Position numbers and translations under genes: made by a program. Under the pieces are notes generated by a model. It saw only the letters and a program-made list of their open reading frames with translations, had not been told where the DNA came from and did not search any database. A stretch of 64,000 bases of DNA from Vulcanimicrobiota bacterium (lineage in GTDB: Bacteria; Vulcanimicrobiota; Vulcanimicrobiia; Vulcanimicrobiales; Vulcanimicrobiaceae): assembly GCA_963820825.1 (NCBI GenBank), contig CAWGBN010000008.1, positions 162,011 through 226,010 on the forward strand. Reading direction: 5' to 3'. The stretch's first letter is position 1. Every line of letters starts with the position of its first letter. Of the stretch, positions 9,970-19,855 are shown piece after piece.

Positions 9970-11397
9970 TTAGTCCGAGTCCGGCGGACGCTCGTCGAGC
10001 GGCTGGTGCAAGAAATAGTTCCGGCTGTACGGTGCCGTAAACGGCACGAACGCACGCGGTGACTGATTGAAGTCGAAGCAGAATTTCTGGGGCGAGTTGG
10101 CGCGCGTATCGCTCGCCTCCATGCGGGGCAGACCGAACTGATCCTCGACAAACTTCAGGATGCTGCCGTGCTCGTAGTGCTCGTGCGAGACGAGTCCTTT
10201 TCTCGCGTAGGGCGAGATGATGAGCATGGGAAGGCGGAAGCCCAGCCCGTCGTTATCGAGATACTTCGGCGGTTCGGGATCGTACCAGCCGCCATAGTCG
10301 TCCCAGAAGATGAAGATCGCGCTCGACTCCCAATACTGCGACTCGCCGACGGCGTTGACGAGCGAGGTAACCCACGACGGTCCGGTGTCCGAGTCGTTGC
10401 CGCCATGATCGGAGTTCGCGAAGGTCGGCGTGACCCACGTTACCGATCGCAGATTACCGTTGTGGACGTCCGTGATGAACTGCTGTGGCGGCGTAATGAC
10501 GTCGTTCTTCCAGTCGGGATGCTTGTAGATGTGCTGGATCGCCTGATAGGCGCTCCATATGCCGTGTCCGTTCGAAGATCCGCTGTCGGGGTCGGCGGCC
10601 TTCTGACCCGGAAGCGCAACCGCGTAGAAGGCCCACGAAATCTTCTTGGCGTCGAGCTCGTCGCCGAGCGTCGTCGGATTCCAGCACGGCCGCTCCGTCT
10701 CGGGGCCAAGCTTCCGATCCGGTCCGAGGATTTTGATTTGATCGGCCTTGCCGCCGGGGCAGCCCCAGGCGCCATCCGGCGAACCGACCGACGACTTCGG
10801 ATTGACGCCGGCGATGATGTACTGGTGCGACGTGAAGCTCTCGGAGTCGAAATTCGATGCGTACATTTGATCGGCCAAAACGTACTGGCCGGCCATATCG
10901 AAGTACGGCTGAACTTCGGATTGTGGAACGTATGCGTACGGCGGAAACTTGATCGGGCAGTGCGGCTCGGAGGGCTGATTGCATTTCCAGGACTCGTTAT
11001 TGAAGCCGTTCATCCGGCAATGAGTGCCGGGGATCTTGCCCTTGCCGTTGCAAGCGGCCTCCATCCCGTTGGGATTATGCTCCAGATCCCACTGCGTCTT
11101 TATGCTGACGGGCTGCAGCTCGACCTTCTTGCCGGTCGAGGTGTAGCCGTACGATTGCGTCATTGCACCGGGATAGCCGAAAAAGAGATTGTTGAAGCTC
11201 CGGTTCTCTTGAACGATGATGATAACGTGCTTGATCTTGCCCTGCGTAGTGAGCGGCTGGAGTGCATCGAGAGCGTCCGTTACGCGGGCGACCGGCGGCA
11301 TGGGCGCTGAGGCCGGTCCGTTCCCGCCCGCGCACGCCGATAACGCGGCGAAGGCTAAGCTCGCCGCGACCAGAGGCCGGGTCCACGAGGTGCTCAT
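9970..11397 (-). CDS. phosphoesterase family lipoprotein (phospholipase C / AcpA acid phosphatase family)
   Basis: Start at ATG 11397 gives lipobox LSAC; hallmark IIIVQENRSFNNLFFGYPG; C-terminal GFRLPMLIISPY. Confidence 0.8.
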   Translation of the reverse strand: MSTSWTRPLVAASLAFAALSACAGGNGPASAPMPPVARVTDALDALQPLTTQGKIKHVIIIVQENRSFNNLFFGYPGAMTQSYGYTSTGKKVELQPVSIKTQWDLEHNPNGMEAACNGKGKIPGTHCRMNGFNNESWKCNQPSEPHCPIKFPPYAYVPQSEVQPYFDMAGQYVLADQMYASNFDSESFTSHQYIIAGVNPKSSVGSPDGAWGCPGGKADQIKILGPDRKLGPETERPCWNPTTLGDELDAKKISWAFYAVALPGQKAADPDSGSSNGHGIWSAYQAIQHIYKHPDWKNDVITPPQQFITDVHNGNLRSVTWVTPTFANSDHGGNDSDTGPSWVTSLVNAVGESQYWESSAIFIFWDDYGGWYDPEPPKYLDNDGLGFRLPMLIISPYARKGLVSHEHYEHGSILKFVEDQFGLPRMEASDTRANSPQKFCFDFNQSPRAFVPFTAPYSRNYFLHQPLDERPPDSD

Positions 11398-11613
11398 CAA
11401 GGTTCTCTCCCCAAAACGAAACGGATACGCGCATAAGAACGTTCGGCAAAGGCGGTCCGAGTTCCATCGTAGCAACCAGGCTCCAGGCAGTGACCCCTAA
11501 CGACGCCTCATTGCGCAGGCCTATCGCTCAGAAGGGCGCGTGATCTCATGTGCGAGCGTCTTGGGATCACCCGCTGAAAGTTGTACCGCAGCTACGGCTA
11601 AGGCGCTAACGCG

Positions 11614-12048
11614 CTAAAAGGGTATTTCGTCTTCGAGTTCGTCGCCGAAGGCGTCGCCCGCGCTCGCCGGGCGCGAAGCGGCGGCGCCGCCGTTGAACGA
11701 GCCGCCTGCCTCGGCGTCACCGCTGCGGTCGCGCGGCGAACCGAGCATCTGCATGTTGTCGATCACGACCTCGGTCGCTTTACGCTTGTTGCCGTCTTTG
11801 TCGTCGTAGCTGCGAATGACCAAACGGCCCTCGACGAGGCAGTTCGAGCCCTTCTTCAAATAGGTATTGCACGTTTCGCCGAGCCGGTCCCAAGCGACGA
11901 TGTCCACGAAGGTCGTCTCTTCCTTGTTGCGCGGATTGTTCACCGCAAGGGTAAACTTCGTCACCCCCTTGCCCGACTGCGTGTACCGAATCTCCGGGTC
12001 GCGGGTTAGGTTGCCGACCAGGATGATGCGATTGTAAGAACCTGCCAT
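11614..12048 (-). CDS. ssb: single-stranded DNA-binding protein
   Basis: OB-fold N-terminus NRIILVGNLTRDPE, Gly-rich linker, acidic tip DEIPF. Confidence 0.9.
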   Translation of the reverse strand: MAGSYNRIILVGNLTRDPEIRYTQSGKGVTKFTLAVNNPRNKEETTFVDIVAWDRLGETCNTYLKKGSNCLVEGRLVIRSYDDKDGNKRKATEVVIDNMQMLGSPRDRSGDAEAGGSFNGGAAASRPASAGDAFGDELEDEIPF

Positions 12049-12141
12049 TGCTTATCCTCTTTTGCCGATTGCGTTGGTTCGAAGCTATCGCCCCGGAGTG
12101 TCAACTGTATGGCACAGATGTTGCCGAAAGGCTGCCCCCTC

Positions 12142-12492
12142 TCAGGGCTGGGGCAGCGGGGCCGGCGGAGCGGCGGCGGCCAGCGCCGCCATGTGCGTCA
12201 GCATCTTCGCGTCGAGCCGGACGATCAGCGCGCGCAGCACGTCCTCGTGCAGCTTGAGCTGGCGCTCGAGCTCCTTCGAGACCGCGGCGTCGCTCTTGAA
12301 CTGCATGACCACGTAGTTGCCTTCGCGCAGGTCCTTGATTTCATACGCGAGACGCTTCTTGCCGAGTCGCTCGGTGCTGCTTACTTCGCCCCCTTGACCC
12401 TTGACGATCTCGGCGATCGCGTTGAGGCGCTCTTCGACCTCGCTCTCTTCGAGCGACGGTCGCAAGATATAGGTTACCTCGTAGATGCTCAT
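12142..12492 (-). CDS. rpsF: 30S ribosomal protein S6
   Basis: MSIYEVTYILRP... typical S6 N-terminus; ATG 12492 preceded by GGGGA; Ala/Pro-rich C-terminal tail. Confidence 0.9.
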   Translation of the reverse strand: MSIYEVTYILRPSLEESEVEERLNAIAEIVKGQGGEVSSTERLGKKRLAYEIKDLREGNYVVMQFKSDAAVSKELERQLKLHEDVLRALIVRLDAKMLTHMAALAAAAPPAPLPQP

Positions 12493-12640
12493 TCGTGTCC
12501 CCATACTATGGACGCCCGCTACTGCGGGCGGCCCACCCGTAGCGAAGTGGGCAGCAGGTAAAGCGGCCTACTTCGGTCACGATGAAGAAATCCCCATCCG
12601 TAGGAGCCCGAGTCGCTCTTTTTGAACCAGCGGCTTTCAG

Positions 12641-14098
12641 ATGTTCTCCAAAGCGTTAGCCGTTTTCGTGCTCGGCGTGGCCGTTTTTGTCGCAGGGTGC
12701 GGCTCGAACGCGGCGGGCGTAACCGGCGCGCCCGAGCGCAGCGTCGTGCCTACGGCGGGTCGCCACCACTCTGGCGGCAAGATCGAGAACGTCATCGTCA
12801 TCGTTCAAGAGAACCGCAGCTTCGAGAACTTCTTCGCCGGATACCCGAACGCGGACGCGCCGCTGACCGGCTGCGCCTCGCCGTCGCCGAGCGGCAGCTT
12901 GCGCGGCTTCAATCCCGCCACGGCAACTCCAACGCCGTCGCCGTCGCCCTCGCCGACGCCCTCCGGTTGTCCGGCCGGCGATACGCTGGTCTCCTTGCAC
13001 AAGGTCACGTTCGCCAACAATTCCGATTTGAAGCATAACTGGAAGTCGTCGATGATCGATTGGAACAACGGACAGATGGACGGCTTCTCGGAGTGGGGCA
13101 AGAAGAACGGCCTCTACAAGGCCTATGCCTACGTCGAGCATAGCCAGACGAAACCGTACTGGACGATGGCGCAGCAGTACGTGCTCGCCGACGAGATGTT
13201 CCCCACGGAGTTTGGCGGGAGTTTCACCGCGCACCTCACCCTCGTCGCCGGCACCGACGATATCAAACTGCCGGGGAGAGCCGAGGTGAACTTCCCCAAC
13301 GCCGCGCCCGACGATTGCGACTCCCCGCCCGGCACGAAGAGCTCATACGTCTCCGCCGTGCCGTACCGGAGGATCCACCCCTGGCAGGGCGGCTTTCCGT
13401 GCTTCGACCAGTTCAATACGATCGCACAGGTGCTCGACAACGCCGACATCTCGTGGAAGTACTACGCAACGCGACTGCTCGATGCCGGCTTCTGGGAACC
13501 CTTCGAAGCGATCAAGTACGTTCGTTACGGCCCCGATTGGAAGACAAATATCATCGCTCCGCAAACGAAGGTGCTCACCGACGCACAATACGGGCAGCTT
13601 GCTTCCGTAAGCTGGGTTACGCCGACCGGCCCGGATTCCGATCATCCGAGCTATCACAGCGATCAGGGACCGTCGTGGGTATCGTCGGTCGTCAACGCAA
13701 TCGGCGAGAGCAAGTACTGGCCGAACAGCGCGATTATTATTATTTGGGACGATTGGGGCGGATTCTACGACGACGCACCGCCGCCGCAGCTCGACTATCG
13801 CGGCCTCGGCATTCGCGTGCCGTGCTTGATCATCTCGCCGTACGCCAAGAAAGGATACGTCTCGCACGTACCTTACGAGTTCGGCAGCATCCTAAGATTC
13901 ATCGAGGAAGTCAACGGGCTTCCCGCCGGCAGCATCGGGTCGACGGAACAAGGGTACACCGACGCTCGCGCCAGCAGCCTCGACGACGCCTTCGACTTCA
14001 GCCAAAAGCCGCACAAGTTCTCCGCGATCAAAGCGAAGTATCCGCTCGAGCATTTCTTGAAAGAGCCGCCCTCGAACGGTCTGGTCGATAGCGAATAG
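12641..14098 (+). CDS. phosphoesterase family lipoprotein (paralog of 9970..11397)
   Basis: Lipobox VAGC; VIVIVQENRSFENFFAGYPN; GIRVPCLIISPY; same domain order as the paralog. Confidence 0.8.
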   Translation: MFSKALAVFVLGVAVFVAGCGSNAAGVTGAPERSVVPTAGRHHSGGKIENVIVIVQENRSFENFFAGYPNADAPLTGCASPSPSGSLRGFNPATATPTPSPSPSPTPSGCPAGDTLVSLHKVTFANNSDLKHNWKSSMIDWNNGQMDGFSEWGKKNGLYKAYAYVEHSQTKPYWTMAQQYVLADEMFPTEFGGSFTAHLTLVAGTDDIKLPGRAEVNFPNAAPDDCDSPPGTKSSYVSAVPYRRIHPWQGGFPCFDQFNTIAQVLDNADISWKYYATRLLDAGFWEPFEAIKYVRYGPDWKTNIIAPQTKVLTDAQYGQLASVSWVTPTGPDSDHPSYHSDQGPSWVSSVVNAIGESKYWPNSAIIIIWDDWGGFYDDAPPPQLDYRGLGIRVPCLIISPYAKKGYVSHVPYEFGSILRFIEEVNGLPAGSIGSTEQGYTDARASSLDDAFDFSQKPHKFSAIKAKYPLEHFLKEPPSNGLVDSE

Positions 14099-14168
14099 TG
14101 CGTCCACCGCATCAAAGGCGAAGGGACCTCCAAGCGGAGGTCCCTTCGTTCTTACGCGCGGGCTCGAT

Positions 14169-15332
14169 CTACGGCTCGAGCTCTTGCAGATTGTTCTTAT
14201 TGGTGTCGGTAAAGAACAGCTTGGTATCGGTATCGTTTGTCCCGGTCGCTCCAAGCCCGAAAACGGCCGCGGTCTTATTGGTGTCGACGACCTTCGTGTC
14301 GAGCACTTGTCCGGTCGGCGTCATTTCGACGAGCGTGTTTCCGCCCGCCGTGTTGGCAACGACAAGATTACCGTTGGGGAGGATCGTCATCGCCACGGGC
14401 GCGTTGAGCGGGCTGCCGGACTTCACCAGCGTGCCGCAGGTGGTCTTCGGATACTTGCATTTGAAGGTTTTGCCGCCTTTTTGAACGACGATCTCGTCGG
14501 ATACGAGCAGCTCGCTCGCGTGCGAGAAGGCGACCACCGTATTGTCAACACCGTCGACGGCGTAGAGCGTGTCTTTCTTCGCATTATATGCCAGGCCCGA
14601 CGGACCGAGCGCGGTCCATCCCGACTTCTTGTTCACGTCGAAGCCGGAGATGACCGCGGTCGGCTTCGTGTTGCCGTAGTAGTTGATGCTGAAGCTCACG
14701 ATCGATCCGCTGCCGGCATCGCTGGCGAAGATGTACTCGGCCGCATACAAGTTCGGATTCGACGCGTCGAGCACCGAGAACGGCGCGACGAACGGCGCGC
14801 CTTTCGTATCTTTGCTGATGAGCTTACCCTTGTCGGTGTAAAGGGCGAGATAACCGCTCGTCATGCCCGCCGCGGCGACGTCGTTGGCGCTCGTAATGGC
14901 ATCGCCGGCGCAGCCTTCGCTCTTGGCATTCTGCACGAGCGTCGTCGGCTTCGAGCCGGGCGATGGATTGAAGACGTCGACGGTCGTGCCCTTGCCGGCC
15001 GCACCGGTCTTGTCTGCGAAGTTGCAGACGAGCACTTGCCCCTTCTTCAACCCGTAAGTCCCCTTGACGATTGCGACACCGTGGCCGAGCTTGTCTCCGT
15101 TCTTCGGATCGACCGTCGAGCCGATCACGACGTCCTTCTTCAGCTTCTTGAGAATCGACGTCGTATCGTCGGGTTGGATGCCGAGCGGTTCGATACCAGC
15201 GCCGGCCTGTGCCGCTGCGGCATTGGGCGCTCCTTGCGCCATGGACGGTACCGCGTTGTTTCCGCCACAAGCCGAAACTGCCACGAGCAACGCCGCCGAA
15301 AGCAGCGCTATTCGTGTATTGGAAAACGTCAT
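14169..15332 (-). CDS. lipoprotein, beta-propeller-like repeats
   Basis: Lipobox VSAC; repeated short beta-strand motifs (NLVVANT, TLYAVDG). Confidence 0.55.
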   Translation of the reverse strand: MTFSNTRIALLSAALLVAVSACGGNNAVPSMAQGAPNAAAAQAGAGIEPLGIQPDDTTSILKKLKKDVVIGSTVDPKNGDKLGHGVAIVKGTYGLKKGQVLVCNFADKTGAAGKGTTVDVFNPSPGSKPTTLVQNAKSEGCAGDAITSANDVAAAGMTSGYLALYTDKGKLISKDTKGAPFVAPFSVLDASNPNLYAAEYIFASDAGSGSIVSFSINYYGNTKPTAVISGFDVNKKSGWTALGPSGLAYNAKKDTLYAVDGVDNTVVAFSHASELLVSDEIVVQKGGKTFKCKYPKTTCGTLVKSGSPLNAPVAMTILPNGNLVVANTAGGNTLVEMTPTGQVLDTKVVDTNKTAAVFGLGATGTNDTDTKLFFTDTNKNNLQELEP

Positions 15333-15427
15333 TCTAAACCTCGCGTATTAGCGTAGTGCGCACGTTCATCGCCCTTCGAATCGCTTTTTTGCCCACCCTG
15401 CAAGAACAAGCGACCGCCGTTAATCTT

Positions 15428-16177
15428 TTAAACGAAAGTTTTGAGAAAAAATACTAAAGTCATCGCGCATCCGATCGAGACGACGATCGAACGCGCAACC
15501 GGTTGGGGTACGCGCCGAAAGAAGCGAGCGCCGAAGTAACCGCCAAGCAACGCTATGAGTGCCATCGGCACGGCAAATCGCCAATCGACGATACGCGCGA
15601 CGACGAACGGAATGAGTGCGACGCCGTTGATCGTAGCCGAGAGCACGTTCTTGATGGCATTCTGCGCGTTGAAGCTCGGCAGGCCCGAGAAGGCAAGCAC
15701 GGCGAGCATCAAAATTCCCATGCCGGCCCCGAAGTACCCGCCGTAAATTGCAACGGCGAACTGCACGGCGATCTGCCACGGCAGGTGCCGCGGCGCCGCG
15801 TGCAGGCCGCGCGTCAGGCGCGGACTCGCGGCAAAAACGAGCGTTGCAAAGAGCAAGAGCCACGGTATCAATCGTTCGAAGAGCGCCGGCGGCGTAACCA
15901 ACAGCAAGCAGGCTCCGATGAGCGATCCAGCGACGCTGACGACGACGACGGGAAGCAAGAGCGCTCGATGTTCGCGCAGCTCCTCGCGGTAGCCGTGCGC
16001 GCTGCCGAGCGTGCCGACCCACATCGCCGCGTTATTCGTCGCGTTGGCCGAGATCGGCGCGATGCCGGCAAAGAGCAGCGACGGAAACGAGAGAAAGCTG
16101 CCGCCGCCGGCGACGCTGTTCATTCCGCCCGCTACGAACGCCGCTATCGCGGGGACGAGGAGATGTGCGCTCGGCAC
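15428..16177 (-). CDS. TauE/SafE family sulfite/anion exporter
   Basis: C-terminal 249 aa of ORF 15428..16939; GGGSFLSFP and GGYFGAG motifs; GTG 16177 lies just after the relA stop. Confidence 0.75.
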   Translation of the reverse strand: MPSAHLLVPAIAAFVAGGMNSVAGGGSFLSFPSLLFAGIAPISANATNNAAMWVGTLGSAHGYREELREHRALLLPVVVVSVAGSLIGACLLLVTPPALFERLIPWLLLFATLVFAASPRLTRGLHAAPRHLPWQIAVQFAVAIYGGYFGAGMGILMLAVLAFSGLPSFNAQNAIKNVLSATINGVALIPFVVARIVDWRFAVPMALIALLGGYFGARFFRRVPQPVARSIVVSIGCAMTLVFFLKTFV

Positions 16178-16182
16178 GCCTC

Positions 16183-18345
16183 CTACAGTGCCGTTCGCTC
16201 GCGCTTGGTAACGCGGTAGACGCGGCGCACGTTCTTGAGCGTTTCGAGCTTCGTCAACAGCTTGTGGAGGTGATCGAGATCGCGGATCTGCACCGTCAGG
16301 CTGGCGACCGCGACGCCATCCTTGCGCACGCGCGCGTTGACCGAACTCACCTGCGTCTTGATCTCGGCGAAGACGCCCATGATATCTTGCAGCAGCTGCG
16401 TGCGATCGTCGGCTTCGACCTCGACGTCGACGCCGTGGGTCAGCCCGGCGTCGTCGAGCCACTGCGCCTGCAGGATCCGCTCCGGCGTGGCGTTCATGAA
16501 GGCGACGTTCGGGCAATCGGCGCGATGGACGCTCACGCCGCGACCGATCGTGACGTAGCCGATGATCGGGTCGCCGGGCACCGGCGAGCAGCACTTCGAG
16601 AGGCGCACGAGCACGTCGTCGACGCCGGCGATGCGCACGCCGCTCGTCCGGCGCACGGTTTTGCGCGGGACCGGTTTGCGCCCAATCTTGGTAAGGTCGA
16701 CGACGTTGTCGTGCTTGAGTTCGTCGCGAACCCGGTTGGCGACGGCCTGTGCCGACGCGTCGCCGAAGCCGATCGCGGCGTAGAGGTCGGTCGGCGTGGC
16801 GTAGTTCAAGCGCGACGCGATGCGTTCGAGCAACGCACCGCGCGCGGCGTCGGTCCGCAGCCCCGCGCGCGCCAGCTCCTGCTCGAGCGACTCTTGACCG
16901 GCGAGCACGTTCTCCTCGCGCCGTTCCTTGCGGAACCACTGCTTGATCTTGTGCTTCGCGCTCGAGGTCTGGACGATCGAGAGCCAGTCGAGCGACGGGC
17001 GTCCGCTCGACTTATTGACGAGAATCTCGCAAATGTCGCCGTTCTGCATCGCGTAGTCGAGCGGGACGATCCGCCCGTTGATCTTCGCGCCGACACAATG
17101 GTTACCGACGTCGGTGTGCACTTGGTAGGCGAAATCGAGCGGCGTACCCCCGGCGGAAATCGAATAGACGTCGCCCCGCGGCGAGAAGACGAAGACCTGC
17201 GAGTCGAAGAGATCGAGCTTGAGGTTCTCCATGAAGACGCGCGAGTCGCGCATGTCTTTCTGCCATTCGAGCAGCGCGCGCAGCCACGACAGCTTGTTCT
17301 CGAACTGGTCGGCCTTGCCGCCTTCCTTGTATCGCCAGTGGGCCGCGATCCCATACTCGCTCGTCCGGTGCATCTCCCAGGTGCGGATCTGGATCTCGAG
17401 CGGTTCTCCGCTCGGGCCGACGACCGTCGTGTGGAGCGACTGATACATATTCGGCTTGGGCATCGCGATGTAATCTTTGAACCGGCCCGGGAGGGGCGTC
17501 CACATCGCGTGCACCGCACCGAGCGCGGCATAGCAATCCTTCACCGAGTCGACGATGATGCGGATCGCCGTGAGGTCGTAAATCGTCGAAAAGTCTCGAC
17601 CCTTGCTGATCTTGGAGTAGATCGAGTAGAAGTGCTTGGGCCGTCCTTGGATCTCGGCGTTGATCTTTAGGTCTTTGAACTCGACGCGGAGCCGGGCAAT
17701 CGCCTTGTCGACGTCGGCTTCGCGTTCGCGCCGCGTCTTTGCCACGCGCTCGACGATGTCGCCGAACGAGGCCGGATCGAGGTAGCGCAGGCATTCGTCC
17801 TCGATCTCCCACTTGATCTTCCAGATTCCGAGCCGGTGCGCGATCGGTGCGTAAATGTCGAGCGTCTCGCGCGCGATCGACTGCCGCTTCGCATCGGGGA
17901 GGCTCGCAAGCGTCCGCATGTTATGGAGGCGATCGGCCAGTTTGATGATGATGACGCGAATGTCTTTGGCCATTGCCAAGAACATCTTGCGGAGGTTCTC
18001 GACTTGCGCGTCTTCCTTCGATTGGTATGGAATGCGCGTAAGCTTGGTGACGCCTTCGACGAGGCGAGCGACCTCTTCGCCGAACTGCTCGCCGACCTGC
18101 TCGCTGGTAATCGAGGTATCCTCGACCACGTCGTGCAGCAGGGCCGCGGCGATGGTTTGATGATCGACTTCAAGCTCGGCCAGGATCCCCGCTACCGCGA
18201 GCGGGTGCTCGATATACGACTCACCCGAGGCGCGGCGTTGCCCCCGATGGGCGGCATCGGCGACGTCGTAGACGTGACGAAGCCACTCCGGGTCGGCGGA
18301 GGGCTCGTAGCGCCGAACTCGCTCGATGAGCTCCTCGATGGTCAT
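16183..18345 (-). CDS. relA: bifunctional (p)ppGpp synthetase/hydrolase (RelA/SpoT homolog)
   Basis: 720 aa; HD hydrolase LLHDVVEDT, synthetase YQSLHTTV, TGS and ACT regions. Confidence 0.95.
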   Translation of the reverse strand: MTIEELIERVRRYEPSADPEWLRHVYDVADAAHRGQRRASGESYIEHPLAVAGILAELEVDHQTIAAALLHDVVEDTSITSEQVGEQFGEEVARLVEGVTKLTRIPYQSKEDAQVENLRKMFLAMAKDIRVIIIKLADRLHNMRTLASLPDAKRQSIARETLDIYAPIAHRLGIWKIKWEIEDECLRYLDPASFGDIVERVAKTRREREADVDKAIARLRVEFKDLKINAEIQGRPKHFYSIYSKISKGRDFSTIYDLTAIRIIVDSVKDCYAALGAVHAMWTPLPGRFKDYIAMPKPNMYQSLHTTVVGPSGEPLEIQIRTWEMHRTSEYGIAAHWRYKEGGKADQFENKLSWLRALLEWQKDMRDSRVFMENLKLDLFDSQVFVFSPRGDVYSISAGGTPLDFAYQVHTDVGNHCVGAKINGRIVPLDYAMQNGDICEILVNKSSGRPSLDWLSIVQTSSAKHKIKQWFRKERREENVLAGQESLEQELARAGLRTDAARGALLERIASRLNYATPTDLYAAIGFGDASAQAVANRVRDELKHDNVVDLTKIGRKPVPRKTVRRTSGVRIAGVDDVLVRLSKCCSPVPGDPIIGYVTIGRGVSVHRADCPNVAFMNATPERILQAQWLDDAGLTHGVDVEVEADDRTQLLQDIMGVFAEIKTQVSSVNARVRKDGVAVASLTVQIRDLDHLHKLLTKLETLKNVRRVYRVTKRERTAL

Positions 18346-18357
18346 GGTATCCCGGTA

Positions 18358-18888
18358 TTATAACGCTTTTTGGGGCTGGCTAGGAGTTGCCGACGGGGAC
18401 GGGGTGACCGTCTCGACGTCCATCCGGTTCTTGAAGAAGATCGTGGCGATCTTGCCGTCGGCGTTGAGGGCCAGCCAAAGATAGACGTTTCCGAGGGTGC
18501 AGCGCATCTGATAGATGTAGCCGGAGACCCCGGGCGGGAAGTCCGGATTGACCCAGCGTCCCATATAAACCATGTCGGTCAGTGCGCCGAGCTGGGCGAG
18601 CAGCCGGGAGGTCTCGGAGACCTTATCATCGGTGAGTTGGGCCAGAACCTGCGGCGCGTAGAGGCTCTTGTTGATGTCGCCGGCCTGCCATTGGACGAAC
18701 TGGTGCCGCGCGATATTCGTAATCGCCGGATCGGCACTCGGAGCCGCAGTCGGCGATGGAGTCGGCGTCGGATGCGCGCGGGCCCAGCTCGCCGGCGGAA
18801 AGGCGATTGCCAGTGCGGCGAGTGCCGCTGCAGGTAGGATCCAGCCTACGCGATCAGTACGAAACGAACGAAACGACATCGGCATCAC
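18358..18888 (-). CDS. hypothetical secreted protein
   Basis: Signal-like N-terminus, Pro/Thr-rich linkers; no family recognised. Confidence 0.5.
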   Translation of the reverse strand: MMPMSFRSFRTDRVGWILPAAALAALAIAFPPASWARAHPTPTPSPTAAPSADPAITNIARHQFVQWQAGDINKSLYAPQVLAQLTDDKVSETSRLLAQLGALTDMVYMGRWVNPDFPPGVSGYIYQMRCTLGNVYLWLALNADGKIATIFFKNRMDVETVTPSPSATPSQPQKAL

Positions 18889-19366
18889 CGAGCTTTGCGC
18901 GTCCTCCCAGTGCCGTCAGCTCGACCAAAAACGCGAAGGCTTCGACGTGTGCGCCGAGCCGCTCGAGAAGCCGCCCCGTCGCAGCCGCGGTGCCGCCGGT
19001 CGCGAGCAGATCGTCGACGACGAGCACGCGCTCTCCCCGAGCGAGCGCATCGGCGTGGACTTCCAACGAATTCGTGCCGTACTCGAGCGCGTACTCTTCG
19101 CTCAGCTTCTGGAAGGGCAGCTTGCCGGGCTTTCGTACGGGGATGAACCCCGCGCCGAGCGCGTAAGCAATCGGTGCGCCGAAGATATAGCCGCGCGATT
19201 CGATGCCGACGACGTGCTCGATGCCTCGGTCGCGAAATCGATCGACAAAGAGGTCGACCGCGCGCCGGAAGCCTTGCTTATCTTTCAACAACGGGGTAAT
19301 GTCACGGAAAAGGATCCCTGGAATCGGAAAATCCGGGATCGCTCGAATTAAGGCTTCGATCTCCAC
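18854..19366 (-). CDS. apt: adenine phosphoribosyltransferase
   Basis: 170 aa; PRPP loop VLVVDDLLATGGT. Confidence 0.9.
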   Translation of the reverse strand: MEIEALIRAIPDFPIPGILFRDITPLLKDKQGFRRAVDLFVDRFRDRGIEHVVGIESRGYIFGAPIAYALGAGFIPVRKPGKLPFQKLSEEYALEYGTNSLEVHADALARGERVLVVDDLLATGGTAAATGRLLERLGAHVEAFAFLVELTALGGRAKLGDADVVSFVSY

Positions 19367-19416
19367 GAAGTCCGGGTTGGAGCCGGGGGGTCGAATGGCC
19401 TGCAGAAAGGACGGAC

Positions 19417-19725
19417 ATGAAGAAACCGCAAGCCCTAGCTGCCGTGCTCACCGCAGCGCTTGCTGCAAGCATCGCGGCTCCCGCGCTTGCCGACGGCTCG
19501 GGCAGCACGAATACCATCATCCTCGTAACCGCGGCTGCCGCAGCCTCAGTACCGTTGGTCGTCAACTACAACCACAAGGTCCGCGAAAAGCGCGCCGAAC
19601 AGCAAGAAGTGACGCGCAGGCAAGACGCTTATCGCGACTGGTTCTACCACAAGTACGGCTACTATCCGACGTACGACCAGTTCAAGCAATGGTACGTGCA
19701 GACGTACAACACGAGCCCTGAGTAA
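19417..19725 (+). CDS. small secreted hypothetical protein
   Basis: MKKPQALAAVLTAALAASIAAPALA signal peptide; Tyr/Trp-rich C-terminus. Confidence 0.5.
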   Translation: MKKPQALAAVLTAALAASIAAPALADGSGSTNTIILVTAAAAASVPLVVNYNHKVREKRAEQQEVTRRQDAYRDWFYHKYGYYPTYDQFKQWYVQTYNTSPE

Positions 19726-19855
19726 GCACCGCCTCCTTGACGCCGAGCCCTTCTCTACCGAACGGCTCGGCGTTTTCTTTGGGGGCTCGAACGGCCGCCG
19801 GCTTGCCATCGCTTTTGCGATCGCCATCGCGATCCACGAAGTCGCCGCGGGACTC

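Noticed and set aside
12049-12141. GGTTCGAAGC string (T-loop-like) in the ssb-rpsF spacer
   Set aside because: The flanking bases cannot form a T-stem (GUUGG versus CUAUC), and no acceptor or anticodon arms are present. It is not a tRNA.
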